64,000 bases of DNA from Promethearchaeota archaeon (GTDB taxonomy: Archaea > Asgardarchaeota > Lokiarchaeia > Sigyniarchaeales > SOKP01): assembly GCA_019058245.1 (NCBI GenBank), contig JAHPZJ010000028.1:96001-160000 (forward strand), read 5' to 3'. Position 1 is the stretch's first letter. Each line of letters starts with the position of its first letter. Both the position numbers and the translations under genes were made by a program. Positions 40,478 to 51,452 of the stretch are shown in pieces. A model generated the notes under the pieces. The model ran no database searches, was not told the origin of the DNA, and worked only from the letters and a program-made list of their open reading frames with translations.

Positions 40478-41536
40478 TTATTCAATTAAATGTAATTTTT
40501 CAAATTTTTCATGAATTATTTTTACTACTTTTGGAATAATATGAAATCTAATTTCATTTTCTTTTTTTATAATTAATTCTAAGATTCTGAATATTGTAAT
40601 TAAATCAATTTCACCCATACTAATTTTAAATTTTATAAAATAATAATGAAGATATAAGTCTTCAATTGAACCAATTAAATGTTCTCTATCAACTAGTTTC
40701 TGCTCAGAGCCTCTTTTTAATTCCCTAATATTATCAATGTATTCTTCAACTAGAGAGGTTAGAACATTCAGATCCTCAATACTTAATAAATAATTTATCT
40801 TACCTATATCTAAAAATAAATGATAATCAATTAGAAATTGAGACAATAATTCTTTTTCAATACCATTTTTTAAACCTCGAAAAATGATATTTAAATTATA
40901 AATTTCAGTCTTATATTTTACAAATGTCTCTATGATTTTTCTTTCTTGAGCTCTCAAATTATTTAACTGAATTATCATGTTTTCGTAGTAAAATTTATCC
41001 AAAAAAGCTTCTAAAACAAAAATCTCTCTGTATTTTTTAAAATACGAAATACCTTCACTTATAGGTATATTATACCTTGTTTTTTTCATAAAATATTGAA
41101 TTTCATCCAAAGACGAGATTTTAAGTAGATCCTCAATGAACTCTGTGTTATCTAAATACTCTTCTACAATAAAGTTAACCATTTTTTTCTTATCTTTAAT
41201 GTTTAATCCTAAAATTGAACCAATAATAATTTGTTTAATATTTATTATTTCAAATTTTAAGAGATAGAATTTTAGAAAAGTTTTCATATTTGATGGTGAG
41301 TAGAGCATTATTTTACCAACCATCTTAATATAGTTATGATAAAGAGCCATTTCAATATTTCCAATAGTTTTTTCTTTTACAGCCAGATCTGGATAGAAAG
41401 GATTAATAAATTCTAAAAGCGTATCAATATTATTTATTTTGTCAATATTAAGTAAATTATAATCATCAATTATCAGCGATCTTAAAAAACCTATTCTTAT
41501 AAATGTGTAAGAATAGGATGGGACGATTGAACTCGT
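40478..41536 (-). CDS. atpC: A/V-type ATPase subunit C (d)
   Basis: LEAFLDKFYY, EIYNLNIIFRG, KENEIR; frame open upstream of ATG 41350 through PSYSYTFIRIGFLRS; proposed start ACG 41536 after GGTGAT. Confidence 0.8.
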   Translation of the reverse strand, partial: TSSIVPSYSYTFIRIGFLRSLIIDDYNLLNIDKINNIDTLLEFINPFYPDLAVKEKTIGNIEMALYHNYIKMVGKIMLYSPSNMKTFLKFYLLKFEIINIKQIIIGSILGLNIKDKKKMVNFIVEEYLDNTEFIEDLLKISSLDEIQYFMKKTRYNIPISEGISYFKKYREIFVLEAFLDKFYYENMIIQLNNLRAQERKIIETFVKYKTEIYNLNIIFRGLKNGIEKELLSQFLIDYHLFLDIGKINYLLSIEDLNVLTSLVEEYIDNIRELKRGSEQKLVDREHLIGSIEDLYLHYYFIKFKISMGEIDLITIFRILELIIKKENEIRFHIIPKVVKIIHEKFEKLHLIE

Positions 41537-41591
41537 AAATTTATCACCATTATTTGAAAAGGATAAAAAAATTTATATAAGGAAACTGATT

Positions 41592-41960
41592 TTAAGGAAT
41601 ATCAGGAATCTTTGTCCATAAAAGTATAGCAATAATCAATCCATATATCGCTAAAGCCTCACATAAAGCAACAACCAAAAATGCTTTAAAAAATGTTTCT
41701 TCTCTTTCTGATAGAGAAGCAATTGCTGCAGTACCTACAGTTTTTAATGCCATTCCGCTTCCTACTAATGCAGCTCCAACTGAGATTGATGCTCCAATTG
41801 CTAATGCTGCTGCAGTTGTCGTATTATAATAATCAAAAGAATCTGCGGGGGTTTGTGCGGAAACAAATGTAATAATACCATTAACAGAGAAAAATACAAT
41901 AAAAATCAAGATCAATTGAAAAATACCCAGTAATAAGAAAAATTTATGCTTTCCATTCAT
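41592..41960 (-). CDS. atpK: A/V-type ATPase proteolipid subunit K (c), single hairpin with N-terminal extension
   Basis: FFKAFLVVALCEALAIYGLIIAILL; EA rather than ES/ET suggests H+ coupling. Confidence 0.9.
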   Translation of the reverse strand: MNGKHKFFLLLGIFQLILIFIVFFSVNGIITFVSAQTPADSFDYYNTTTAAALAIGASISVGAALVGSGMALKTVGTAAIASLSEREETFFKAFLVVALCEALAIYGLIIAILLWTKIPDIP

Positions 41961-42149
41961 ATTATTCGCATCATAATAAATTTTTAAAAATTAAAATTTT
42001 AAAATATTAAAATCAAATTAAGCGTATAAATTTTCCTATTGTAAATAGAAAGAATAGCTAAAAATGATTTTTTAAGGACATAAACAATTTTAAATATATC
42101 TATAATAGTAAAAAATGCATCCTGTTATGATTAAAAATGAATTTGTATA

Positions 42150-42400
42150 TATTCAATCTATATTAATTGCATTTTATTTAATATTGCTTTTAACAAGGAT
42201 AAAACTCTTTGTCGGTTTAAATGCACGATAAAAGGGCGTTTTTCCTTTAATTAATTTTTGATCTGTTACCAATACTTTTTTGATTCAGTTAACGCAAAAT
42301 TGTAAAAAGCTCGATTTTTCTCCAATAAAATACGGAGAACATGCTCCTGTTCTTTAGAGAGAGAAACCTTATTCTTTTAAGCTAGTTTAAGTTTAAAATA
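42150..42400 (-). mobile_element. decayed IS200/IS605 tnpB remnant
   Basis: Minus strand 42394-42266 reads LKLA*KNKVSLSKEQEHVLRILLEKNRAFYNFALTESKKYW*, like the TnpB N-terminal HTH (EQ...R..YNFAL); KTPFYRAFK and NAINI fragments lie downstream. Confidence 0.6.
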
Positions 42401-42740
42401 ATAGACAAAAACTAGTTTATCAAAAACAACACTAGACAATTTAATGATTTTCCTCTCATACTCTATTCTCAATCCAAAAGAGAGGTTTTAGTAAATTATT
42501 AAAATAAAGAATATAGATAATCGATTTTGATATATTAAAATTAAAGCTACTACAAAAAAACTTAGAGAATTTGAAAGGGGATCCCAAAGAGATAGCAAAA
42601 TAAGAGATTAATAATAATAGATTCAAATATTTCATATGATTATTTAACTTAAATCAAGAATGAAAAAGTAATTATTTCTTTATTTTATTATATCTTTTAA
42701 ATAACTAAAAAAAATTGTCTAAGGTTGGTTTCTTTATAAA

Positions 42741-44216
42741 ATGATATTTCAAGGATTATATAATGTTTTAGATTTATATTTTAATAATATTGAACTGTTC
42801 TATAATCATATAGATGAATATTTCCAGACGCAAATTATTAATTCATTTGGAAATAATAGAATCGAAAAAGGTAATCTTAGAGCCATTTCAGAAAAGATAT
42901 GTTCATTTTTAATAAATTATTTCATAGAATTAGGTTTTAAAAAAACTGAAATTGAGAATAAATTTTTAGATCCAATTTTGGAAATAGAAAATGGGGATGA
43001 AGAGACAATTTCAGTAGTGATTGATTTGTATAAAAAAAAAATTGCTCCTTTAATATATGAAATTCTTTTAGATAAAATTATTGCTTATCTTGTTGACGTT
43101 AATATAGCCCCTCTTCTATTAAAATTTAAGGATGAAGGATTTCTCCCGATTGAATTAATTATGGAAATAAGAAACCTGAGAACACTTTTCGAAAGAGTTC
43201 CAAATAAACTTGAAAATCTAAGAAAATATGTTCATATTCAAGAAAATATAATTTTTAAATTAAGAGAAAATAAGCAAAAAATTGAAAGTCTGGAAGATTT
43301 AGAAGAACCTCAGTATAAACTACAATTAATATATTTGATTTATAGAATCATTGATTTCTTTAATTTACAAAAAACGTTTAATTTTTCTCATATCAAATCT
43401 TATTTGGAAGAAAATATAGATGAATGGTTGATAGATATTCCATTAGTTTCACTAAGAAATCCCGATATTTATTTTTGTGGAATATATTTAGCAAAATATT
43501 TAAATGTAAAACTTGATAATAAAAAAATTTCAGGATTTTTATTACTTTTATATGAAGAAGCGATAAACCGATATGAATCTCCAATAATGGAGGCTACGGA
43601 TGGTTTGTATTATTTCTTTAAATCAACTGAATTAATGAAATTATGGTTAAATCATATGCAAATTAATAACATTATGATTACTTTTCCGAGATTTGTTGAT
43701 ATGAGTTATATAAAAAATCTTGAAACATCACAGTTAGTAGTAATATTAAAATTGTATAGGCAATTAGGAATAAGTGGGAAGGAATCTGAAATTGAAACAA
43801 TTATAGAGGAAATTGATACACGTATTACTCCAGAAGGTGTAAAACAGGAACGAGACGGATTTATTACATCAGAAGCTATATATTATGTTCTTTTTATTAA
43901 TTATATGAGAAATACCCTTGAAAAGTTAAAGGATTACGACTTTTTAAATAGTGTTATACAGCGAATATATAGAAATTTAGCACTTCTTGATTTTTCTGAA
44001 GATACTAATTATGATTTAATAAGTGAATTATTTTACTCTTGTGAAAGTTTAAAATTATTTAATTGTATAGAAACTAAAGAAATGATTATTCATATTGCAA
44101 AATATCTATTTCCAGAACAAATTCTTACCAAAATAACAAACAGCGAAGAAATTGCACGAACTACTGCAAAATTTAGGCATCTTAAAGTAAATAGAATTAC
44201 CGGAGAAACAATATAG
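42741..44216 (+). CDS. hypothetical alpha-helical protein
   Basis: 491-aa ORF; no recognised family. Confidence 0.65.
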   Translation: MIFQGLYNVLDLYFNNIELFYNHIDEYFQTQIINSFGNNRIEKGNLRAISEKICSFLINYFIELGFKKTEIENKFLDPILEIENGDEETISVVIDLYKKKIAPLIYEILLDKIIAYLVDVNIAPLLLKFKDEGFLPIELIMEIRNLRTLFERVPNKLENLRKYVHIQENIIFKLRENKQKIESLEDLEEPQYKLQLIYLIYRIIDFFNLQKTFNFSHIKSYLEENIDEWLIDIPLVSLRNPDIYFCGIYLAKYLNVKLDNKKISGFLLLLYEEAINRYESPIMEATDGLYYFFKSTELMKLWLNHMQINNIMITFPRFVDMSYIKNLETSQLVVILKLYRQLGISGKESEIETIIEEIDTRITPEGVKQERDGFITSEAIYYVLFINYMRNTLEKLKDYDFLNSVIQRIYRNLALLDFSEDTNYDLISELFYSCESLKLFNCIETKEMIIHIAKYLFPEQILTKITNSEEIARTTAKFRHLKVNRITGETI

Positions 44217-44332
44217 AAATATAATTTAAGATTTTTACAATTTTTTCATAATCAAGTATATTTAGTACTAAATAATGTAATACAATTTTAAATAAAAAAT
44301 GGACTAAAATATAATTAATCAGTCAGAAAAGA

Positions 44333-44971
44333 TTATTGATACAGTAATACTCTAATTATATCAGCTATGTCATGGATCCGATCTGCTAACTGCTCCAGTA
44401 GTACAATACTATCTCGTAAACGCAAAAGTACTCTAATATTTAAATTCTCATTTGAATAGATATATTCTAGAAATTCTCTATAAATTGCATCAATTTCATT
44501 TTCAATCTCATGAATTTTTGTAGTATTACTAAACACCACATCTGGTTTATCTCTAAGGCTTTTAATTGTTGATTTAAGAACATTTGCCATTTCAATTGTT
44601 TTATTAATCAATTTTTCAAATCTTTTCTTTAATTCTTGATTGTTTTTTTTATCCACCTTAATTTGTGGTAATATATCTACAAATTCTAATGGGTAGTTAA
44701 TGACATTATCCATTCTTAGGATAAGAGCAATATAATCGCCTAAACCTGCAGTTTCAGCCTCAGAATAATTTTGAATCAACTGAATTTTAATACTATCTGC
44801 ATCCTCTTCTAACATTTGCATTTTACTTTTCTTTTTTTCAAGCGAAGATTTATTTTTCTCATAATTTTCTACCCATCCACTGTAAAAGACGCCCATATCA
44901 CTTAGAACAGAATAAATAATTCGAGAATGCTCAATAAGCATTGATATAATTTCTTCTTTAATCTTACTCAT
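44333..44971 (-). CDS. DUF47/PhoU-like phosphate transport regulator
   Basis: LEEDADSIK, IHEIENEIDAIYR, LEQLADRIHDIAD. Confidence 0.85.
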   Translation of the reverse strand: MSKIKEEIISMLIEHSRIIYSVLSDMGVFYSGWVENYEKNKSSLEKKKSKMQMLEEDADSIKIQLIQNYSEAETAGLGDYIALILRMDNVINYPLEFVDILPQIKVDKKNNQELKKRFEKLINKTIEMANVLKSTIKSLRDKPDVVFSNTTKIHEIENEIDAIYREFLEYIYSNENLNIRVLLRLRDSIVLLEQLADRIHDIADIIRVLLYQ

Positions 44972-45182
44972 GAAAATTCCATTTAAATAGTTATTTTACT
45001 GTTATAAATATAAAAATTTGACTAATAAAAAATATAGTATTTAGAGAAATTTTAATATATTCTAAATTTTAATTTATAAATAAAATCTGAAACATTTTGA
45101 AAAACCTTAAGATTTAAAAAAATAAAGTGTAAATATTACGATTTTTAAAATAACATTTACCTAAAGAAAGGAAAAGAATTAA

Positions 45183-45827
45183 ATGAAAATTAAGGAAAAA
45201 ATCCAACTATGGAAGCAGTATTCAAAAATGTCTGATCTAGCTGAAATTGCTAGACGAAAATTCTTTAATAACTGTTTTGATGGCGCATTAACATGTGCAG
45301 GTATAGTAAGTGGTGTTTTTATTATATTTCTTGCACATTCTTCTAATTTTGCCCCAAAAGATGTTACTATTACTGGATTTGCTACTGCTTTAGCAATTGG
45401 AATTTCTGGTTTATGGGGTGCATTTCTTTCTGAAGAAGCTGAAAGACATAAAAAAATGATAGATATGAATAAAGAAATGGCTATTATAGAAGATGTTGAA
45501 GAAATAAAAAACGAAAAATCTTATAACAAAAAGAAAAAAGAGACACCATTATTAGAAAAAGCTGAAAATTTTGCCACGATTATTGCTTCTTTGGTGGATG
45601 GAGGAGCACCAGTATTAGGAAGTTCTCTTCCTTTAATTCCGTTTTTCTTTGGTATTTCATTATCATTTATTCATTTTATATTCTCTTATATTATACTTGC
45701 TGGTTTATTAATCTATTTAGGTATTTTTCTGGGAAAAATATCAGGTGGTGGGAGAGCTAAATATGCTATTCATTTAGTTACTGCCGGAATCGTAACTCTT
45801 TTAGTCTCAATATTACTTGGTATTTAA
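45183..45827 (+). CDS. VIT1/CCC1-family transporter
   Basis: RRKFFNNCFDGAL, SGLWGAFLSEEAE, PLIPF. Confidence 0.8.
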   Translation: MKIKEKIQLWKQYSKMSDLAEIARRKFFNNCFDGALTCAGIVSGVFIIFLAHSSNFAPKDVTITGFATALAIGISGLWGAFLSEEAERHKKMIDMNKEMAIIEDVEEIKNEKSYNKKKKETPLLEKAENFATIIASLVDGGAPVLGSSLPLIPFFFGISLSFIHFIFSYIILAGLLIYLGIFLGKISGGGRAKYAIHLVTAGIVTLLVSILLGI

Positions 45828-45915
45828 AGTCTTGGAGGATAATTAATTTCAATAAAAATTGTGAAGAAAATAGAATTAGGTTTTTCTTAACAATAATACT
45901 GATATACAATCAAAA

Positions 45916-46626
45916 ATGTTTGAAAGAGCTAAAACATACGCAAAAATTACGAATTTATGGGGAATTGCTAGACGCTATTTTGTAAATAACTTCTATGATG
46001 GTATGCTAACTGTGCTGGGTATACTTTTGGGATTTTTTGTTTTAATTCTTAAAGGAGATCAAAGTTCAATAAATAGTCATCTTGTTATTTTAACAGGTAT
46101 TGGAAGTTCAATATCAATGTTAATATCAGGAATGTCTGGTTCATACCTTTCAGAAAGAGCGGAACAAAAAAAAATGAAAGAAGAATTATATAAGGCTATG
46201 GTCATAGATAAAAACGATGAAGTAGAAGTATTAAAAGATTCTTCTGATGTAGAAGAGATTGAAAAGGCTATGTTAACAAAAATTAAGCATGATGTTAATT
46301 TAAGAGTTAGAAGCAGGTTAAGAAAGAAGAAAAAAAAAATTAAAACCTTACAACAAAAAGCAGAAAATTTTACAAGCATAATTGTCTCGATAATAAATGG
46401 AGGATCTCCCTTTTTAGGAGGTATTGTCCCTTTAATTCCCTTTTTAATTGTTCCTAACGCCGGATTATCAATTTTTATTATATCATTTTTTACTATCCTC
46501 GTTTGTATAGTTTTACTTGGAGTGTTTTTAGGTGTCGTCTCAAAGGAATCTATTCTCAAAAATATTTGTCAAATGGTTTTTGCATTTTTTATAACTCTTC
46601 TAATTTCTATATTTTTGCTCTCGTAA
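45916..46626 (+). CDS. VIT1/CCC1-family transporter
   Basis: RRYFVNNFYDGML, SGMSGSYLSERAE, PLIPF. Confidence 0.8.
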   Translation: MFERAKTYAKITNLWGIARRYFVNNFYDGMLTVLGILLGFFVLILKGDQSSINSHLVILTGIGSSISMLISGMSGSYLSERAEQKKMKEELYKAMVIDKNDEVEVLKDSSDVEEIEKAMLTKIKHDVNLRVRSRLRKKKKKIKTLQQKAENFTSIIVSIINGGSPFLGGIVPLIPFLIVPNAGLSIFIISFFTILVCIVLLGVFLGVVSKESILKNICQMVFAFFITLLISIFLLS

Positions 46627-46679
46627 TTATGATTAAATTTAATTTTTGACATTCATTTTTCTTCATAATAACTAATTTC

Positions 46680-47486
46680 TTGGTATTAAATTTGACAGTA
46701 TTTGTTGGTATTGATATAGGATCACTTGAGACAAAAGTAGTGTTATTAGAAAATTCTGAATTATTAGATTTTCGAGTTAATCGATCCACATTTGATTTCA
46801 AGCGTGTAGGAAACGAGATGTTTAATGATCTTCTGGAAAGAAATAATTTAAAAAAAAGTGATGTCTATGTTATGTCAACAGGATATGGAAGGAATAGCAT
46901 TGATATTGCTGATGATCGTATTACTGAAATAACAGCACATGCACGTGGAGCACAATATTTTTTTCCAGACGTACATTCTGTCATAGATATTGGTGGTCAA
47001 GATAGTAAAGCTATAGTGATTTCAAAGAAAAGCGGGAATGTAATAGATTTTCAGATGAATGATAAGTGTGCCGCTGGAACAGGTCGTTTTATTGAAGTGA
47101 TGGCTGGCGCGTTAGAGGTTCCCATCCAGAACATTGGAGAATTAGCCCTTAATTCTAATAATCCGGCATCAATCAGTTCAACATGTACTGTTTTTGCTGA
47201 ATCTGAAGTAATTTCTCTTTTTGCTAAGGGCACAAAAAAGGAAGATATTGCAGCGGGAATTCATAAATCAATTGCAAGAAGGGTTGGTGGAATGGCCAAA
47301 CGTATAGGAGTTTCTCCTCTTTTAGTTTTTTGTGGTGGTGTTGCAAAAAACATCGCAGTCAAGAAATTTCTAGAGCAAGAATTAGGATTTGAAATTATGT
47401 CTCCCATATCAAACGGACAAAGTAATGCGCAATTAACAGGAGCTATAGGTGCTGCTTTAATAGCTTCTGATCAAAGTAATAGTTAA
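46680..47486 (+). CDS. 2-hydroxyacyl-CoA dehydratase activase (HgdC/BcrAD family)
   Basis: GIDIGS, TGYGR, EITAHARG, DIGGQDSK, MNDKCAAGTG, STCTVFAESE. Confidence 0.95.
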   Translation: MVLNLTVFVGIDIGSLETKVVLLENSELLDFRVNRSTFDFKRVGNEMFNDLLERNNLKKSDVYVMSTGYGRNSIDIADDRITEITAHARGAQYFFPDVHSVIDIGGQDSKAIVISKKSGNVIDFQMNDKCAAGTGRFIEVMAGALEVPIQNIGELALNSNNPASISSTCTVFAESEVISLFAKGTKKEDIAAGIHKSIARRVGGMAKRIGVSPLLVFCGGVAKNIAVKKFLEQELGFEIMSPISNGQSNAQLTGAIGAALIASDQSNS

Positions 47487-47593
47487 TTATTAGCTTTTTT
47501 TATTGAAAATCTATCTTTTAATATAATATGATAAATTTTATGAATAATTCACTCTTTTTTGATTAATAATTCACAGTTGATACTAATAATATA

Positions 47594-48730
47594 ATGGATA
47601 ATTTGGAGCTTTTATCTGAATATACCCTATTCTTAAAAGAAGAAAAACAAAAAGGAAAAAAAGTTGTAGCTTTTATTTCTCACGATAACATCCCAGAAGA
47701 ATTACTAGATGCAGCAGGATTCATTCCTCTAAGATTAATGTTTGCAGGAAATGATGAATTAATGGACGCGAGCCATGATTATTTATCCCCTTCTACTTGC
47801 GCTTTTGCACAGTCATGCATTGGTTTATTTTCAACTAAACCAAATCATTTTAGATTTTTGGATTTAGTAGATTATTTTATTGTATCAAATCATTGTGTAA
47901 GTGATATATGTGCTTCTGAGATTATTTCCAAATATTTCAATATTCCTCGATTGAATTTTTATCTTTCATATACTAAAAATGAGAATAGTTTGAAATACTT
48001 TAAATTCGAATTACTAGATTTTAAAGATCAACTAGAAAAAATAATTGGTATTGAGATTAAAAATGAAGCTTTAATGGATAGCATTAAAAAGTATAATAAT
48101 TTTAAAAAAAAATTATTAGAATTTAACAATTTAAATATTAGAGGTTCAGAAAAATTAAGAATACTTCAAAAAGCAATATTATATGGTCCTATCTTTTTAC
48201 CTGAACTAGAATCTTATACCTTAAAATTCAGCGAAAATCAAATTCAAAATTCGAAAGACTTAAAGGATGTTATAATTACGGGTTGTTCGGTTTTTTTAAA
48301 TGATTACCTAATTGAATTAATCGAAGAAGCAGGGGGAAATGTAATATCTTTTGATACATGGATTGGAAATAATTACTATTATCAAATTTTTGAAGAAACC
48401 GTTATAAATCTCACGAAAAATCCATTTGATTTATTAGTGAGACGTTTTGAGAACAATCTCTATGGAGATCATTCTGTTCCCAATTTTTTAGAGAATAAAG
48501 TATCTCAAATTGAGAAAATTTGCCAAAATTATTTAGAAAAAACTGGAAAAAAATTGAGAATTATAAATCATATAATAAAATTCTGCGATCACATTTCTCT
48601 TATGTCAGCATATTTAAAAGAGCAACTACAAGAAAAAGGATTTCCTGTTTTAAACCTTGAGAGAGATTATTCAAGAGCTAATAGGGGGCAGTTATCTACT
48701 AGAATTGAAGCATTTTTGGAGATGGTATGA
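47594..48730 (+). CDS. 2-hydroxyacyl-CoA dehydratase subunit (HgdB/BcrC-like)
   Basis: PEELLDAAG, CAF, KFCD, GQLSTRIEAFLEM. Confidence 0.88.
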   Translation: MDNLELLSEYTLFLKEEKQKGKKVVAFISHDNIPEELLDAAGFIPLRLMFAGNDELMDASHDYLSPSTCAFAQSCIGLFSTKPNHFRFLDLVDYFIVSNHCVSDICASEIISKYFNIPRLNFYLSYTKNENSLKYFKFELLDFKDQLEKIIGIEIKNEALMDSIKKYNNFKKKLLEFNNLNIRGSEKLRILQKAILYGPIFLPELESYTLKFSENQIQNSKDLKDVIITGCSVFLNDYLIELIEEAGGNVISFDTWIGNNYYYQIFEETVINLTKNPFDLLVRRFENNLYGDHSVPNFLENKVSQIEKICQNYLEKTGKKLRIINHIIKFCDHISLMSAYLKEQLQEKGFPVLNLERDYSRANRGQLSTRIEAFLEMV

Positions 48731-48733
48731 ATA

Positions 48734-50092
48734 ATGAGTCTTATGGCAGATGAAATTGTAAGATTTAGTTCTTTGTTAAGAATTGCTTTTAATCTTTTAA
48801 CTGGAAGAGATTATTTAAAGAGAAAGAAATTTAGAGAAAAAAAAAAGTTAATCTCCGTGGCTTTACCTTTTTCTGATATAGTGTATGGATTTCCAGATTT
48901 AGTGCCTGTTTTTCCAATTCGAACGCATGTTTTTAAAATGCATAAATATCTACAATATTTAGGGTCAGGAGCAAACATTTTTGGTTGGAAAAATGTATCC
49001 AATTTCTTAGGTTTTCTAAAAAACCTTGGTATTGGTGATATAAATAAAATTATTGATGAAATTATAGATAATGTTATAGATGCTGTTAATGAAAAATACA
49101 ATGAAATGTACGATATAGGAATTGAAAATGGAATTCCTTCTGATTTTTGTTATGGAATAAAAAGTCTTTATGGAATGCATGTTTCAAAAGGTAAAAATTA
49201 TGACGCCATTTTAAATTATACAATACGTTGTAGTGCATGGAATAAATATCACGAGTCCTTAAAAACAATTAATAATACTTCAAAACAAATCTGGATAGAT
49301 ATACCCCCTAGAAATGTTGGTGATGCTTTAGAATTATTAGTAAATAACCTCTATGATGGTATAAGTGAACTAGAAAAAATTAGTGGTAATACCTATGATA
49401 GTAATATTCTACGAAACCATTTTAAAGTTGCCAATGAAATTAGAAGATCCTACAAATCTATCCTATATGAGATAAGCACGTCTGATTTTTATCCTTGTAA
49501 TCCTGCCACATTTAGCGAAATATTAGTTATACTAAATAATAGTTTTCAGGATTACAATTCTAATGCAATTCGATATCGAGATAATATGACCGCATTAGTT
49601 CATGAAATAAAAGAGAGAATAAGAAATAAGATTGGTATGGATGTCAGTAATATGCCACGAATATTAATTACTCCTATGTTTGGTGGATGGGAACCAAAAA
49701 CCCATGAAATAATTTATGAACTTGGAGGTAGAGCATTATATGCCGATTGGGATGTTTTATTACTTTTAGAAGATATTCCAATTGAAAAAATATCTGATCC
49801 GGTTGAGGCGTATGCTCATTATTTAATGAATGCAACAACAAACGGAATTGGATGTGATAATAATACACTAACAGATTCATATTTCCGAATTGCAGAAAAA
49901 TTAAATGTTGACGGACTTATATTTATTCAGCTTTTTGGGTGTCATTCAGTATCCAATTGCTACCCAATGTTAAAGGAAAAAATTCGTCGAGAACTTGAAA
50001 TACCTAGTATGGCACTCACATTTAACAAGATAGGGGAAAATGTTGAACAAGTAAAAACTCGTTTAGGAGCTTTTATGGAAATGTTTAGATAG
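48734..50092 (+). CDS. 2-hydroxyacyl-CoA dehydratase subunit (HgdA/BcrB-like)
   Basis: DFCY, RC, DGLIF..FGCHS, QVKTRLGAFMEM. Confidence 0.85.
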   Translation: MSLMADEIVRFSSLLRIAFNLLTGRDYLKRKKFREKKKLISVALPFSDIVYGFPDLVPVFPIRTHVFKMHKYLQYLGSGANIFGWKNVSNFLGFLKNLGIGDINKIIDEIIDNVIDAVNEKYNEMYDIGIENGIPSDFCYGIKSLYGMHVSKGKNYDAILNYTIRCSAWNKYHESLKTINNTSKQIWIDIPPRNVGDALELLVNNLYDGISELEKISGNTYDSNILRNHFKVANEIRRSYKSILYEISTSDFYPCNPATFSEILVILNNSFQDYNSNAIRYRDNMTALVHEIKERIRNKIGMDVSNMPRILITPMFGGWEPKTHEIIYELGGRALYADWDVLLLLEDIPIEKISDPVEAYAHYLMNATTNGIGCDNNTLTDSYFRIAEKLNVDGLIFIQLFGCHSVSNCYPMLKEKIRRELEIPSMALTFNKIGENVEQVKTRLGAFMEMFR

Positions 50093-50201
50093 TTTTATTT
50101 AGCTCTACAGAAGAAAATTTTCCAAATTTAAATTTAATTATTATAATATGATTGTTAGGAGACTTTTTCTTCTAATCATAATTATCAATCGATTAAAAAA
50201 A

Positions 50202-50567
50202 ATGGAAAAAATCAACAGTATAATGGAAAAATGTGATAAACTCTTTGTCTATGGTACATTACAACATGGTCAAAGCAGGAATTACATCCTAAGAGGATTA
50301 AAATTTGAAAAAGCTGCTTTACTGAATTATAAAAAACTAGAACCGCCTTCACTTGGGTTTCCTTTCATCATTAAAGCGGAAAACTCTAATGTAAAAGGAG
50401 AAGTTTATTATGGGGTTAGACAATTTCTTATTAATCAAATTGATATGATAGAAGGAGAAGGAAATTTATATCATAGAATTATAATAAAAATATATTTAGA
50501 AGACGGAAGAGAAATTGAAGCTTATACGTATTACCCATCTAAAATGTTAATTAAGAATTATATGTGA
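50202..50567 (+). CDS. gamma-glutamylcyclotransferase family
   Basis: LFVYGTL, VKGEVY, IDMIEG, Y.R; start codon uncertain (50148-50223). Confidence 0.85.
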   Translation: MEKINSIMEKCDKLFVYGTLQHGQSRNYILRGLKFEKAALLNYKKLEPPSLGFPFIIKAENSNVKGEVYYGVRQFLINQIDMIEGEGNLYHRIIIKIYLEDGREIEAYTYYPSKMLIKNYM

Positions 50568-50584
50568 ATAATTGGAGAATATAA

Positions 50585-50845
50585 ATGAGTAAAGATAATT
50601 TAAGGGATAATGAAAATAAAGATAAAATTCTCCTTGTAAATAATTATTCTCGAGGTTTTCCAACAGATAGAATAACATGTATAGAGAGTATAGTTAATAA
50701 TTGCATTGCAGAAGTAGAGTTTGATACTATCCATTTTACACAAAACTCATAATCCTTATTATTTTCATTCAAGCTTATTTGATGATAGGATTGCGGAAAA
50801 AACAAGGATTACCGGAGAAATAAATTATTGAAAACTTCATATGGA
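50585..50845 (+). pseudogene. possible truncated class I glutamine amidotransferase remnant
   Basis: MSKDNLRDNENKDKILLVNNYSRG...HF* after GGAG, with a later IIENF fragment. Confidence 0.3.
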
Positions 50846-50954
50846 TGTGTTCTTACAAGAAAAAACATTAAATTCATAGTAACTATTGTTCAGAAATTCC
50901 AAAAACTGCACATTTTATTCACGTTATTTGAATTCAACAGACTTTATGAAAAAG

Positions 50955-51452
50955 TTATAATTCTTTATCAATAGTTTTATTTTTGGGAAAAAATAATTTT
51001 CTTCCTGAATGAACTGCTTCAAATGATTCTGTAAATTTTCTGATTTCTTCATGAATTTCTACTAATTCTTCATTTTTCAACATATTTTTAAAAATTCTTT
51101 TTACAGATAAATATAATTTTGGAACAAATGTATCTATTTGAGATAATTGATAAGCTAATTCTAAAACTGAAGAATAATCCATCTTTAAATTGATTTCTTT
51201 TCGTTTTATTTTTTCAATTATTTTTTTCTCAAACCTTCTTCTTGAAATGTTGCTCCATGTTATTTCATATACAAAATAATTTACACTTTGCACCGCTTCT
51301 GTTAAAATGGCAGTTCCGGTAGCAATAGCAATACTCCCTATAAATAAATATGCTGTAAGAAAACCAAGTACTAACGTTATTGACCTATAAATTATGCTTT
51401 TTATTACACTTTCTTTCCATTCAATATTCTGCAATTTTTTTTTGGATTTCAT
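50955..51452 (-). CDS. DUF2061-like membrane protein
   Basis: SVIKSIIYR...YFVYEITW. Confidence 0.7.
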   Translation of the reverse strand: MKSKKKLQNIEWKESVIKSIIYRSITLVLGFLTAYLFIGSIAIATGTAILTEAVQSVNYFVYEITWSNISRRRFEKKIIEKIKRKEINLKMDYSSVLELAYQLSQIDTFVPKLYLSVKRIFKNMLKNEELVEIHEEIRKFTESFEAVHSGRKLFFPKNKTIDKEL

